Sequence record: LC494302.1
Length of the DNA stretch: 64,000 nucleotides
Strand: one strand, 5' to 3'
The notes below the pieces were generated by a model. The model made no database searches and was not told the origin of the DNA. It saw only the letters and a list, made by a program, of their open reading frames with translations. Below, one piece after another: positions 33,185-43,100 of the stretch. Each line of letters opens with the position of its first letter. Position 1 is the first letter of the stretch. Both the position numbers and the translations under genes were made by a program.

Positions 33185-33432
33185 ATGCGATGAATATTGT
33201 GAATAACATCAGATTAGCAGAAAGATTTGATAGAATTGGGGAAGCACTGAGAAGATACGATAAAGAATATGGTCATTTGAGCTTTTCTATAGAAAAGAGA
33301 TATGAACTTGAAGCAGAGTTTAAAATGCAGAGTCTCTTAGGCACACAGTATCAAAACCAATATATTCAAACTTGGATTGATTGTTTAATCCAGACAATTT
33401 ACGTAAGAAACATTAAATGCAAAATGAAATGA
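33181..33432 (+). CDS. family B small protein
   Basis: LGTQYQN. Confidence 0.85.
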   Translation: MNAMNIVNNIRLAERFDRIGEALRRYDKEYGHLSFSIEKRYELEAEFKMQSLLGTQYQNQYIQTWIDCLIQTIYVRNIKCKMK

Positions 33433-33671
33433 TATACTTAACACATGATGAGTTAACAGAAAGACTAGATAAATCCAAAAGACTTACAAATAAACTTCCT
33501 CACAACACAAATCAAACCCCAGCAGAAAGGAGTGCAGAAGTTTTATTCCAAAGATTACCATACCTTCTTGGAACTGATAGGCAAGAGTATCACATTGAAC
33601 GTATAATTAAATATCTCAAAATTACTATTAAGGAAAAAGTAAATGCAAATGAAATACTTAACAGACGATGA
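33429..33671 (+). CDS. family B small protein
   Basis: LGTDRQE. Confidence 0.85.
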   Translation: MIYLTHDELTERLDKSKRLTNKLPHNTNQTPAERSAEVLFQRLPYLLGTDRQEYHIERIIKYLKITIKEKVNANEILNRR

Positions 33672-33894
33672 GTTAAAAGAACGACTAATTAAATCCAGAA
33701 AACTTACAAATCAACTTCCAAACGACACAAACAAGTCACATGCCGAAAGGAGTGCAGAAGTTTTATACATTCAACTCATGTACTTTCTTGGCACTGACAG
33801 ACAAGAGTATTACATTGAAAGTATGCTTCGATATCTTAAATTCTCTATAAAGGAAAAGATACATGCTCAAGAATTTAAAAATCCTAACAGTTAA
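33643..33894 (+). CDS. family B small protein
   Basis: LGTDRQE; close duplicate of previous gene. Confidence 0.85.
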   Translation: MQMKYLTDDELKERLIKSRKLTNQLPNDTNKSHAERSAEVLYIQLMYFLGTDRQEYYIESMLRYLKFSIKEKIHAQEFKNPNS

Positions 33895-34105
33895 TGAATA
33901 TCATACGATTGTAATGAAAACTAATAGTGCAATTTCTAAAAAATCAAACCCCAAGTACATACTGGAACACACATTTGAAGAACGTCAATTAGCTTTAGTT
34001 GAAGCAAAACTTCTTGCACTCCTAGGGACTAACTATCAAGAAGAATACATCAGAAAACTAATATACCTTTTAACTAAACATATAAGAAAAAGAAAAAATG
34101 CATGA
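33863..34105 (+). CDS. family B small protein
   Basis: LGTNYQE. Confidence 0.85.
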   Translation: MLKNLKILTVNEYHTIVMKTNSAISKKSNPKYILEHTFEERQLALVEAKLLALLGTNYQEEYIRKLIYLLTKHIRKRKNA

Positions 34106-34332
34106 AACACTTGACAGATGATGAACATGGGCTTATAGTAATGGATGTAATCAACATCGAATACAAAAAGTTGATACGCTACCGTTGTTATGAAGATAAG
34201 CAACTCGTTCTAGCAGAACAGAAGTTGTTTCGACTCTTAAACACAAACTTCCAAGCACAATACGAAGAATCGTATATGTACCTTTTGGCGAGGAAAGCAA
34301 AAAGAGATTATGAAAATTTTAAGCAAAGGTGA
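34102..34332 (+). CDS. family B small protein
   Basis: LNTNFQA. Confidence 0.85.
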   Translation: MKHLTDDEHGLIVMDVINIEYKKLIRYRCYEDKQLVLAEQKLFRLLNTNFQAQYEESYMYLLARKAKRDYENFKQR

Positions 34333-34525
34333 TTCAGTAATATTACTTATAGAGAGTTCAAGTAAATTCTTAAACATAACACTGTCTGATATAGATGAAG
34401 ATGACAAAGAAGTACTGAGAGCAGATTTAAGAGTACTGTTACATATCGGAACAAACCTACAAGAAGAATATGTAGAATGCTACATCAATGAACTTAAAGA
34501 ATCAGTACTGAGAAAATGCAAATGA
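34310..34525 (+). CDS. family B small protein
   Basis: IGTNLQE. Confidence 0.85.
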   Translation: MKILSKGDSVILLIESSSKFLNITLSDIDEDDKEVLRADLRVLLHIGTNLQEEYVECYINELKESVLRKCK

Positions 34526-34743
34526 AAATCATTACCGATGCAGAATACCTAACAATCATAAATGGACTGTTTTTGAAGCTCTTCGTCATTAACACATCAG
34601 ATATACCAGATATGGATAAAATTATTAAGAGAAATGAAGTCTATGTTCTAGCTACCCTTGGAACGAACTATCAAGAACACGACATTAAAGATTATATTAA
34701 TACACTTAAACGAGCGATTGAACTAAAATGCCAAAACCACTAG
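34516..34743 (+). CDS. family B small protein
   Basis: LGTNYQE. Confidence 0.85.
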   Translation: MQMKIITDAEYLTIINGLFLKLFVINTSDIPDMDKIIKRNEVYVLATLGTNYQEHDIKDYINTLKRAIELKCQNH

Positions 34744-34943
34744 GAACAGCAGAATACATTGAACTAATGGCATTACACTTCTCATCCTTTCAGAAACTTA
34801 GGCGAGAATCAAAGAATGATTTAGAATATACCATCAGAGGTTCCGATTTAAGAATGCTTCTCACCCTAGACACAGATTCCCAAGAGCGATTTGTCAATGA
34901 GCATATTAGAGCACTTTTAATGGAAATTCAAAGTAAACTATGA
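34728..34943 (+). CDS. family B small protein
   Basis: LDTDSQE. Confidence 0.85.
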   Translation: MPKPLGTAEYIELMALHFSSFQKLRRESKNDLEYTIRGSDLRMLLTLDTDSQERFVNEHIRALLMEIQSKL

Positions 34944-35155
34944 AGATAATATCAAACCAAGAGTACTTGGCACTATTCAGGAAGAATAATCACAAATATA
35001 TGGCACTTGATTCAAGAACTGATATAAGTGAACTTGAAAAAAATCTTTTGCGTTCAGAGATGATAGTACTGACACTCTTAGGAACACAGCATCAAGAGAG
35101 AACTGTTAATTCACACATAGGTATTCTTATACAGATTGTACTGGAAAAGATATGA
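34940..35155 (+). CDS. family B small protein
   Basis: LGTQHQE. Confidence 0.85.
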   Translation: MKIISNQEYLALFRKNNHKYMALDSRTDISELEKNLLRSEMIVLTLLGTQHQERTVNSHIGILIQIVLEKI

Positions 35156-35373
35156 GAATCATAACACAACAAGATATTCTTAAGTTCACAAGGGTTCATG
35201 CATCTGAATTTGATGCTATATTATCAAAAAGTTACAACAACCCTTATACAGAAGATGTACATTACAGTGAATTATGGATGTATATACTTTTAGGTACAAA
35301 TAAACAAGAGCAAGCAGTACAGAAGTATTTGACAGCTTTACGTGATGCTACTGCTAATGGAGTATGTGTTTAA
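35152..35373 (+). CDS. family B small protein
   Basis: LGTNKQE. Confidence 0.85.
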   Translation: MRIITQQDILKFTRVHASEFDAILSKSYNNPYTEDVHYSELWMYILLGTNKQEQAVQKYLTALRDATANGVCV

Positions 35374-35374
35374 T

Positions 35375-35617
35375 ATGAAAGTACTGACAGAACTAGAAAT
35401 GTATCATAGATTTAATAAGTACTATCATTTACTTAAGCCTATACAGAGGATTAAATGTCCATTTGAAGAGAAACAGGTTTTAATCTATGAGCACAAGTTC
35501 TTTGTATCATTAGGTACAGATCAACAAGAGTACTATTTGACGTTGTACTTGATTACATTAATAGATTTAATTCACTATAAAACAAAACAAGCTAATAAAG
35601 AGAAATATGAAAACTAA
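35375..35617 (+). CDS. family B small protein
   Basis: LGTDQQE; ATG 35375. Confidence 0.85.
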   Translation: MKVLTELEMYHRFNKYYHLLKPIQRIKCPFEEKQVLIYEHKFFVSLGTDQQEYYLTLYLITLIDLIHYKTKQANKEKYEN

Positions 35618-35951
35618 TATACAACTCAAGGTATATAAATCATTTGAACATACATATATCAAAAGTAGTCTATGTAGAGATGTAATGGATTACAAGGGTA
35701 AGCCATTCACAATTACCTATGATTCTTATGTTAGTGATTTATATATATCATTTGTTAATTACGAAAATAAAATATACAAGCACGTTGATATTAAAGATTT
35801 AAGTACTTTATCTGAAGAGGAATACTTTCAGGAATCATTAGTATGGGATTTAGAGTTTCCTATGCCATTAGTACATAAGATGATAGTACTAATGAAAGAA
35901 TCTAAACAGGAGCCTAATGGTGATTATGAAGAACACACAGTTGAGTATTAA
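35607..35951 (+). CDS. family C protein (short type)
   Basis: LSTLSEEEYFQESLVWD. Confidence 0.85.
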   Translation: MKTNIQLKVYKSFEHTYIKSSLCRDVMDYKGKPFTITYDSYVSDLYISFVNYENKIYKHVDIKDLSTLSEEEYFQESLVWDLEFPMPLVHKMIVLMKESKQEPNGDYEEHTVEY

Positions 35952-36321
35952 AAGTACTGATAATATTAAGAGTTATACAAGCTCAAGTACTGTGACAATC
36001 GAAGTGAATTCTCTTAATGCTGGTAATACAGTAGATAAGTTCTTTATTGCTCAAGGGTACAGGAAAGATATTCATCAATATTGTTCAGTATATGGGGAGT
36101 ACAATAGTACTGAAGATATAATTTATTGGTCAACACATCAAGATTATCTAACTAAAATTGGCGTTCCAGATGTTAGTACTTTATCTGAAGAAGAATACTT
36201 TCAGTACAGCTTAGTACATGATTTACATATACCTTTAGGGTTAATCAAGGGTATGCAGGAAGAGGTTCATAAGCTTAAATCCATGAGTAAAGGTACTTTC
36301 ATTAGAACAGTGCAATACTAG
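35917..36321 (+). CDS. family C protein (short type)
   Basis: VSTLSEEEYFQYSLVHD. Confidence 0.85.
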   Translation: MVIMKNTQLSIKSTDNIKSYTSSSTVTIEVNSLNAGNTVDKFFIAQGYRKDIHQYCSVYGEYNSTEDIIYWSTHQDYLTKIGVPDVSTLSEEEYFQYSLVHDLHIPLGLIKGMQEEVHKLKSMSKGTFIRTVQY

Positions 36322-36322
36322 C

Positions 36323-36351
36323 TTGACAGTACTTTTCTTTAGTGCTATAGT
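36323..36351 (+). promoter_or_regulatory. sigma70-type promoter
   Basis: TTGACA-N17-TATAGT. Confidence 0.7.
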
Positions 36352-36380
36352 ACCTGTACGTTAATCATAGGGTAGAAATT

Positions 36381-36626
36381 ATGTTAAATTTTTTAAATTT
36401 TCTTATCGTCTTGTGTATTGTTCTTGGGATTGCACCATTTGTATTGTATTTCATGGATTCAGATGAAATGCAGAAGATGAATTGCACAAGGACAGGACAG
36501 AGTAGAGTAGAGACGATTCTTATGCCTGTTACGGTTATTGTTAACAACATGCCCATTACGAACATGGTCCCTACCCTAACGACAACGTACCAGTACTCTT
36601 GTACAGACGGAGAGAGGTGGAGATGA
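36381..36626 (+). CDS. small membrane-anchored protein
   Basis: N-terminal hydrophobic helix; CTRTG...YQYSC. Confidence 0.8.
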   Translation: MLNFLNFLIVLCIVLGIAPFVLYFMDSDEMQKMNCTRTGQSRVETILMPVTVIVNNMPITNMVPTLTTTYQYSCTDGERWR

Positions 36627-36943
36627 AATTTAATATAGCAAAAACATCGAGTATATGTATTTTTGGTTATGCAGAAGAGTTAGGTGATATTGACATTCTT
36701 TTGTACAAAAAGGATGGTGTTATGCATTTCAAGTACCAGGATGAAGAGGCAGACAATTATCTTTTACCTAATTTAGTACAAATGCAGGAAGAGGAATTAT
36801 TCCAGTACAGCTTAATATACGACATTGTTATTTGCACGATGCCAGTACTAATTAGTATTCAAAAAGTGATGCTCGATATGTATGATAAGCTAATACAAGG
36901 TACATCAGGGAGAATCATTGAAATCGATATACAAGACAATTAA
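36623..36943 (+). CDS. family C protein (short type)
   Basis: EEELFQYSLIYD; SD GAGGTG. Confidence 0.85.
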   Translation: MKFNIAKTSSICIFGYAEELGDIDILLYKKDGVMHFKYQDEEADNYLLPNLVQMQEEELFQYSLIYDIVICTMPVLISIQKVMLDMYDKLIQGTSGRIIEIDIQDN

Positions 36944-37136
36944 TCAAGAATGGAAGACCCAAAAGTACAGGGAATTCAACAGGAATTTTACAAAAGATGC
37001 ATTGAATTTAAAAACAACAGAGTTTGATATGTTTATTTTTCTTGGAACACGTTCACAAGAACAATTTGTTCATTATTATATAAATTCGTTGCGAACGGAG
37101 ATAGTATGCAAAACACAGGGTATTATAAAAAGGTAA
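36918..37136 (+). CDS. family B small protein (dispersed copy)
   Basis: LGTRSQE; TTG start. Confidence 0.7.
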   Translation: MKSIYKTINQEWKTQKYREFNRNFTKDALNLKTTEFDMFIFLGTRSQEQFVHYYINSLRTEIVCKTQGIIKR

Positions 37137-37372
37137 ACCAATATTTGTACGCTACAAAGTACAGGGATTTTTGTTTAAAGGGTGGTGATGAAGATTTTTC
37201 TTTGCGATTATCAGAATTTAATCTGTTATTTTATCTTGGTACAAAAGAACAAGAAGAAATGGCACAGAAATTTATCAAGCACCTTTTACAAAAAATTAAT
37301 ATGCAAATTTTGATGCTTAAGTTACAGAATGAGATAAATGAATATGAATCCAGAAATAGTTCAGGATCTTAA
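37106..37372 (+). CDS. family B small protein (dispersed copy)
   Basis: LGTKEQE; SD GGAG. Confidence 0.8.
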   Translation: MQNTGYYKKVNQYLYATKYRDFCLKGGDEDFSLRLSEFNLLFYLGTKEQEEMAQKFIKHLLQKINMQILMLKLQNEINEYESRNSSGS

Positions 37373-37730
37373 AAAAGTAATATTTCTTTTGAATACCAGA
37401 AGTGAATTGTATACAGAGTTAAAAGAGATTAATGCATTTTATCAGAATTTTGTAATCCAAGAGATCAGTGATTTAATTACAGATGCATTATTTGAATTCT
37501 CGGAGAAATACAAAGGTTCAGAGTTCAGTGTTAAGAATGTTATTCGTCCAAGTGCAAGGAAAATTATATTATCACATTTTACATTTGACAATAAAGATTT
37601 ATTCAGTCATAATCCAAGTACAGCTTTATATTTTATTCCTGATTCAGACAAAAATCATCCTATTCATTACGGATGGATTTTGTCATATATAGTACAAGGA
37701 AAGGAGTATCCTATTAAATGGAAAGATTAG
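37338..37730 (+). CDS. hypothetical protein
   Basis: ORF track 130 aa. Confidence 0.8.
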   Translation: MNMNPEIVQDLKKVIFLLNTRSELYTELKEINAFYQNFVIQEISDLITDALFEFSEKYKGSEFSVKNVIRPSARKIILSHFTFDNKDLFSHNPSTALYFIPDSDKNHPIHYGWILSYIVQGKEYPIKWKD

Positions 37731-37879
37731 GGCGATTAGATTATTACACAATTAATACAAATTATTTGTTGCGTAATATAAAATCCGATTACAAAATATG
37801 GATAAAGAACAGAGATAGCATGTGTTATGAATTTTATTTAGATTATGCTATCAAACGATTTTTAAGAGAAGAACATTAA
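37718..37879 (+). CDS. small hypothetical protein
   Basis: Hand-translated 53 aa MERLGRLDYY...; SD AAGGAG. Confidence 0.65.
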   Translation: MERLGRLDYYTINTNYLLRNIKSDYKIWIKNRDSMCYEFYLDYAIKRFLREEH

Positions 37880-38082
37880 TGCAAAAGATTAATACGATAA
37901 CATTAAATGCATTACAGGATTCATTATTAGATAGTATTAAGATGTATTACAATATACATTTGAAGGGTGGTATTGATAATTACGATTATTATTTGAGTTT
38001 AATTACATTTGAGCACCTTTCAGTACAGGACAGGATTTTACATCCTACAAATCCTAGGTATCCATCGATAGGTAAATTATGA
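37879..38082 (+). CDS. small hypothetical protein
   Basis: TAATG overlap. Confidence 0.7.
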   Translation: MQKINTITLNALQDSLLDSIKMYYNIHLKGGIDNYDYYLSLITFEHLSVQDRILHPTNPRYPSIGKL

Positions 38083-38627
38083 ATGAGATAAAGTTATTAG
38101 CACACAAGATAAGTACAATAATGCTTATCCTCAATAACAACCATCCTATATCGCATATAGATGGAATCCTGAGTCAGAGGACAGGTGGTAGTTTATATTT
38201 GTCCATAAACGCGGATATCGCAAGGAAATACATTGATATTGATGTTGAAATCGAATATGATACAACGGGGATTGTTGATGTAGGTGCATTAATCAGTTCA
38301 AATCCAGTATCAGCATCCCCATTGACCAAAGATGTTAGTACAGGATTCGAAGGATATTTGTGGTACAATACCAATGATGATTATTTTATATATCAGCATT
38401 CCAATACAAATTATGATGAAGACAAATTTCAGTTCATAGACCCTTATGATGAAGCTGAAGTATTTCAAAAATCATTAATCACAAAACCGCATGAGATGAT
38501 GTATCTAATGTTATTCAGTACAATGCATTTGAATCCATTAATTAAAGGTTTAAAATTTTATATTCAATTAAATTTAGTCCATGTAGTTTATGATTTATTA
38601 ATGCAAGGATATAGTTATGAAGTATAA
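38079..38627 (+). CDS. family C protein
   Basis: DEAEVFQKSLIT. Confidence 0.85.
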   Translation: MNEIKLLAHKISTIMLILNNNHPISHIDGILSQRTGGSLYLSINADIARKYIDIDVEIEYDTTGIVDVGALISSNPVSASPLTKDVSTGFEGYLWYNTNDDYFIYQHSNTNYDEDKFQFIDPYDEAEVFQKSLITKPHEMMYLMLFSTMHLNPLIKGLKFYIQLNLVHVVYDLLMQGYSYEV

Positions 38628-38928
38628 AATGATGTATACCCCAGATATGATTTATGTTGAATTAGAAGATGATGACGATGGGTGGAATTTGATTTATTCA
38701 AGAAGTTCAGGTTGGTACATGGCACATTTAAATGATTCGATAGTTACAGATTATTTTGTAGATTTCAATACATTATCCGATGAAGAATTGTTCCAACAGC
38801 AATTAGTGATTGACACGGGTGGTTATGATGTCTTATTATTAAAAAAGATACAGAAAGCTGTTATTGATTTTAAGCCCATGATATGGCAAAGGAAATATTA
38901 TGACCTCGAAGTACCATACCAGCAATGA
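38617..38928 (+). CDS. family C protein (short type)
   Basis: LSDEELFQQQLVID. Confidence 0.85.
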   Translation: MKYKMMYTPDMIYVELEDDDDGWNLIYSRSSGWYMAHLNDSIVTDYFVDFNTLSDEELFQQQLVIDTGGYDVLLLKKIQKAVIDFKPMIWQRKYYDLEVPYQQ

Positions 38929-39466
38929 AATTCAGTACACCTACGCTAATGCAATCCTTATGGGACAAAAGTTAGCTTGTATTGTTGCAGCCTTATATAA
39001 TGCCCAGAAATATCACAAGCGTCATTTCCACAAATGTATTGGTATTATTCCATCGAAGTACAATACATATATTGCGTGCACGAGTCATTTTGATAAACGA
39101 TTCAATACACCAGATATACCAAATGCCCGTAGTGTTATTGGTCTTTTGGATTTCGCACCTGGTGCTGTTATTGGAAAGAATGATTTAGAGTACGCATGGT
39201 ATAATAAAAATGCCCCGTTAGTAATGGTAACATATGATAAAGAAACGAACAACGCAATAGAGTACAATACATATAAATCAGAGGAAGAATTTTTTCAAGG
39301 TTCAATGCTTGTACCAGTGCGTTTGTTATTTTATAATGTCATAATGAGTACAGTACACAATAGTCCATTACACAAGAATCACAAAATTAATTTCAATTTT
39401 TGTGCTTATGCGATTGATGGTGTGTATGAGTGTTTAATGGAGGTATTGAGTTATGAAGCTGAATAA
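38900..39466 (+). CDS. family C protein
   Basis: SEEEFFQGSMLV. Confidence 0.85.
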   Translation: MTSKYHTSNEIQYTYANAILMGQKLACIVAALYNAQKYHKRHFHKCIGIIPSKYNTYIACTSHFDKRFNTPDIPNARSVIGLLDFAPGAVIGKNDLEYAWYNKNAPLVMVTYDKETNNAIEYNTYKSEEEFFQGSMLVPVRLLFYNVIMSTVHNSPLHKNHKINFNFCAYAIDGVYECLMEVLSYEAE

Positions 39467-39794
39467 TACATTTGATATTAATAAGTTAAGAGAATGGTTT
39501 TATAGTATTGAAATTGAAGCCATCCCGTATCATAGATATGAACAATATAATTTAACCAGTATTGATATCAGTGAGTTGTACGCGTATTATCAAAGTGCAT
39601 TAGAGATGCATAAGTTATTTTTGAGTACAGATTTTGTTCTAAATTACAATTTTGAGGAATTTAAAAATTATAATTTAGTACAGAAATATGTAGTAGCAAA
39701 GTACATGTACCTTCAAGGAATTACAAGTATAGTGGAATTCAATACAGTCCTTGCTTTAGTTGAGGTAATTTTATGCAGTACATGTATGATTTAG
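39453..39794 (+). CDS. hypothetical protein
   Basis: SD GAGGT. Confidence 0.8.
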   Translation: MKLNNTFDINKLREWFYSIEIEAIPYHRYEQYNLTSIDISELYAYYQSALEMHKLFLSTDFVLNYNFEEFKNYNLVQKYVVAKYMYLQGITSIVEFNTVLALVEVILCSTCMI

Positions 39795-40279
39795 AGTTCA
39801 GCTTAGATGCTGCATTTAAATATGTTCACAAGATAGAAACAATATACAGTACATTATGTGCAATAAAATCAGTAACAGAAGAGCTTGATGTTGGTGAAAA
39901 ATATCAGGTATGGAATAATACATTTTTAAATAAAGAACGTTGCTCTACGGGGTTTAATATTTTAACATTTAATCCCAGCAATTGTTACCCAGAGAAGCAT
40001 GAACGTTATCCGAATGACGACATGTGGTTTGAGTACAAAGAAGATTGTGATATGTCGTTCATTGAAGTTCCTGATGATTTTAATGCACAAGATTTAACAG
40101 ACGAGTGGTGGTTCCAGCAGAATTTAGTCCACGATGATATTGATTTATTTTTTTATGTAGTATTTAAAATGCTTTATCACAACAATATAGTACAAGATAG
40201 TGTATTTTTTTCATGTCTATATATTGATGATTTGTACAATGAAATTCAAATCAACATGCCCAGAACGCCTGTATCGTAA
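39773..40279 (+). CDS. family C protein
   Basis: TDEWWFQQNLVHD. Confidence 0.85.
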   Translation: MQYMYDLEFSLDAAFKYVHKIETIYSTLCAIKSVTEELDVGEKYQVWNNTFLNKERCSTGFNILTFNPSNCYPEKHERYPNDDMWFEYKEDCDMSFIEVPDDFNAQDLTDEWWFQQNLVHDDIDLFFYVVFKMLYHNNIVQDSVFFSCLYIDDLYNEIQINMPRTPVS

Positions 40280-40294
40280 GATATGGGCTTTTTT
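40267..40294 (+). terminator. intrinsic terminator
   Basis: GCCTGTATC-GTAA-GATATGGGC then TTTTTT. Confidence 0.7.
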
Positions 40295-40304
40295 CGTTTT
40301 GGTA

Positions 40305-40333
40305 TTGACATAGAAGACCAAAGCTGTTATCAT
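40305..40333 (+). promoter_or_regulatory. sigma70-type promoter
   Basis: TTGACA-N17-TATCAT. Confidence 0.7.
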
Positions 40334-40361
40334 GTGTATTCATTTTAAAGGAGAATATATA

Positions 40362-40874
40362 GTGAGTTTCATAATCCCAAGTACATACGAAGATGCATCA
40401 AGTGCAGTTCATAAGATTCATTATATTTTTAATTTAATTATTAGATCTGCAAAAATTAAAATGTATGCACCTCTTGTGACAAATAATCGAAATGAAGAAA
40501 TTTTTATTAGCACAGACAAAATTATTTTTCCATATTTCAATGAAGATAGATTGTGGTTCATACATTTAGCTGCATTACAAAAATATAAGATGTCAATTCG
40601 TAATAATTTGGTTATACCGTTATATCATCCCGATATTGGAGAGGATGAGTATTTTCAGTACAGCACAGTACACCGCCATGAAGATATCTTTGCTGCTATG
40701 CTTATTGCTAAATTGAACACCGTTGATTTGGAGCAGTACAAATACAATAATAAATCATGTAAGATCATAATCCCTGCATTCATAGCTCTTTATGATTATG
40801 TGGTGCATAACAAAAAAGATGATACATATGCTTTCAATGAAGAGTATTTGGATTTTTTTAAGGATAACATATGA
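40362..40874 (+). CDS. family C protein
   Basis: GEDEYFQYSTVH; GTG start after AAGGAG. Confidence 0.8.
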   Translation: MSFIIPSTYEDASSAVHKIHYIFNLIIRSAKIKMYAPLVTNNRNEEIFISTDKIIFPYFNEDRLWFIHLAALQKYKMSIRNNLVIPLYHPDIGEDEYFQYSTVHRHEDIFAAMLIAKLNTVDLEQYKYNNKSCKIIIPAFIALYDYVVHNKKDDTYAFNEEYLDFFKDNI

Positions 40875-41410
40875 GCAGTACAACAGTATCAAAAGTACAG
40901 AAAGCAATGTCATTCAATGAAATTGGTACATTTAAAGATAAGATCATTGATTGCCTTGAATACATGATTTGTAGTAATATCGAAAGTATCGAGATATTTA
41001 ACAAGACAAATCGCTCTTACCATATGATGTACATTGCAAACAATAATGGTATCATTCCATTTATTTCGGATAGTACAATATGGTACGCATGTGATACGAA
41101 AAAAACCACAATAGGTTTACATTTATTTGAGACACATTATGATCTAATTATTCCTGAGCATTGTATGCAAGAAGAAGAATATTTTCAAATGCAATGTATA
41201 CATTCACCATTAGTGTTGTTTAGTTTATATATTATACCTTATATCACCAAATGTGTTCATGAGAATAAAGCTCCGTGGAATCATGAATTTGTATCGTTGA
41301 AGTTATTGTATAATGTATTAGTAGAATATTATGATTACAGGCACAATGGTACAATCAGTGATGTATGGGATTTTGAATCGCTAAGGGTGAAAACATACAC
41401 AGGTGAATGA
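40871..41410 (+). CDS. family C protein
   Basis: QEEEYFQMQCIH. Confidence 0.85.
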   Translation: MSSTTVSKVQKAMSFNEIGTFKDKIIDCLEYMICSNIESIEIFNKTNRSYHMMYIANNNGIIPFISDSTIWYACDTKKTTIGLHLFETHYDLIIPEHCMQEEEYFQMQCIHSPLVLFSLYIIPYITKCVHENKAPWNHEFVSLKLLYNVLVEYYDYRHNGTISDVWDFESLRVKTYTGE

Positions 41411-42026
41411 TATGACCAGAATTAAAATGTATGATTTGATGCAGTACAGTAAAATTGCCATTCCAGTGCTTAATAAAGTGCTGGATGCATTCATTGCCAA
41501 ATACCCTGAGAATTCAGTGTTATGTATTCCATTTAGTGTTCCAGATAAAGATGATATATTCCAAGTGAATGTCAGTACACGTGGTATTACATTACAGCAG
41601 AAATACATGGATACGGAATATTATGGAATAAAGTTGGATTCAGTACAGGGTTCAAAATCAGCCTATGATTTTTTTGTTCCTAATAATATAGAGTCATGGG
41701 AAACAAACATTTCAAAGAAAGATGAAAATGATGTTCCTATTAGTGGTGTGTTCAACAATAAAGTTTTTTATTATTACGAAACCGACAAATTCCCTGAAGA
41801 GTTATATTACAATTCAGAAATGAATGAAGATGTAGATGCATTCATGTTTCAATTATCTTTAGTACATGATATCATTGATGTTAAAGAGTTAAGAGCAGAA
41901 ATCAATTTAGCTAAAGAGTTATCGGACATGCTGCCACCGTTTAGTATGCTTTTTTGTGAAGGTGGTTATTTTTCAAAAGAAGTGTTTGAACATTTCGTAG
42001 ATGTTGTAAAAGGGTTGGATATATAG
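41403..42026 (+). CDS. family C protein
   Basis: DAFMFQLSLVHD. Confidence 0.85.
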   Translation: MNDMTRIKMYDLMQYSKIAIPVLNKVLDAFIAKYPENSVLCIPFSVPDKDDIFQVNVSTRGITLQQKYMDTEYYGIKLDSVQGSKSAYDFFVPNNIESWETNISKKDENDVPISGVFNNKVFYYYETDKFPEELYYNSEMNEDVDAFMFQLSLVHDIIDVKELRAEINLAKELSDMLPPFSMLFCEGGYFSKEVFEHFVDVVKGLDI

Positions 42027-42027
42027 T

Positions 42028-42222
42028 ATGCTTACAGTTGATGTTAAACAAAAATACCGTAAGTTTGATTGGTTCACCGACAGTTTCCAGCTTGAATTAT
42101 TACATTTGAATATCTGTGAAACATTATGTGCAGAAACACAAGATGAATTTGATGATAGAGTGATGAACATAGTAATGCTTTCTTGCTTTAAACATTTTGG
42201 TTATTTTTTCGGACAGAATTGA
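42028..42222 (+). CDS. small hypothetical protein
   Basis: ORF track. Confidence 0.7.
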   Translation: MLTVDVKQKYRKFDWFTDSFQLELLHLNICETLCAETQDEFDDRVMNIVMLSCFKHFGYFFGQN

Positions 42223-42230
42223 GGTAAAAA

Positions 42231-42749
42231 ATGCATCAACACAAGCATCATTCATATGATTTTGCAATTAACATTATGAAGTTCATTCGAGCGTTGGAGG
42301 ATGGGAAGCTTAGTCATAAGTACAGAAAAGAGGGTAACAATTGGTTCAGAAATGATGATGATGAGTTCAGAAGTCATAAGATTGTTTACAGCAATAATTA
42401 CAGTGCCAATTACCTACAAGATGTAGTGATGTGTTTTGAATACGTGTTGCAGTTCAGGGGTTCAATCCAGGATGAGTTGATGGAGCACATGTACATCAGA
42501 TACCTTCCAATGCTCAAAGATGAAAATGTATTATTAAATTCAATATACCAACGAGTTCGTGAAATTGAGTGCAGGGATATATTAGATACAGAAGAATCGT
42601 ATTTCCAGCAATCCCTGATTTATGCACCTGATTTATTACAGGTACATAATTTGTTTAATACATTACGTCAAAACATCAGTACAGACATATTTTTGTCATT
42701 ATCGGATTATGATACATTTGTCAAAGATTTAGAGGAAATAGGTTTATGA
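42231..42749 (+). CDS. family C protein
   Basis: TEESYFQQSLIY. Confidence 0.85.
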   Translation: MHQHKHHSYDFAINIMKFIRALEDGKLSHKYRKEGNNWFRNDDDEFRSHKIVYSNNYSANYLQDVVMCFEYVLQFRGSIQDELMEHMYIRYLPMLKDENVLLNSIYQRVREIECRDILDTEESYFQQSLIYAPDLLQVHNLFNTLRQNISTDIFLSLSDYDTFVKDLEEIGL

Positions 42750-43090
42750 GTATATTTTCGGTTTATATAGTAAACGTCAGTAAAGATGGTAGTTTAATTG
42801 AATTTGATGTAGTTGATAACAATGATAATTCATATGGTATTAAGGTACAGGACAATGATGTACAGTTCAGTACAAGGACAAATTTTGAGAATCCAGTCCA
42901 AGTTCCGAATTTCATAGAAGATGAAGCTGCACGATTCCAATACGAAACGGCATATGACAATGTACATATGCATATTATTATGCAAACGAGTTTAGTTCAA
43001 TTAGTTCCTTTGTTCAGACAAAATATATATGTACATGAAGTGTCGATTAATGGCATTCAAAGTTCCGTTTTGTTCGGTACAAATATGTAA
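42746..43090 (+). CDS. family C protein (short type)
   Basis: DEAARFQYETAYD. Confidence 0.8.
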   Translation: MSIFSVYIVNVSKDGSLIEFDVVDNNDNSYGIKVQDNDVQFSTRTNFENPVQVPNFIEDEAARFQYETAYDNVHMHIIMQTSLVQLVPLFRQNIYVHEVSINGIQSSVLFGTNM

Positions 43091-43100
43091 GGAAAGTACA

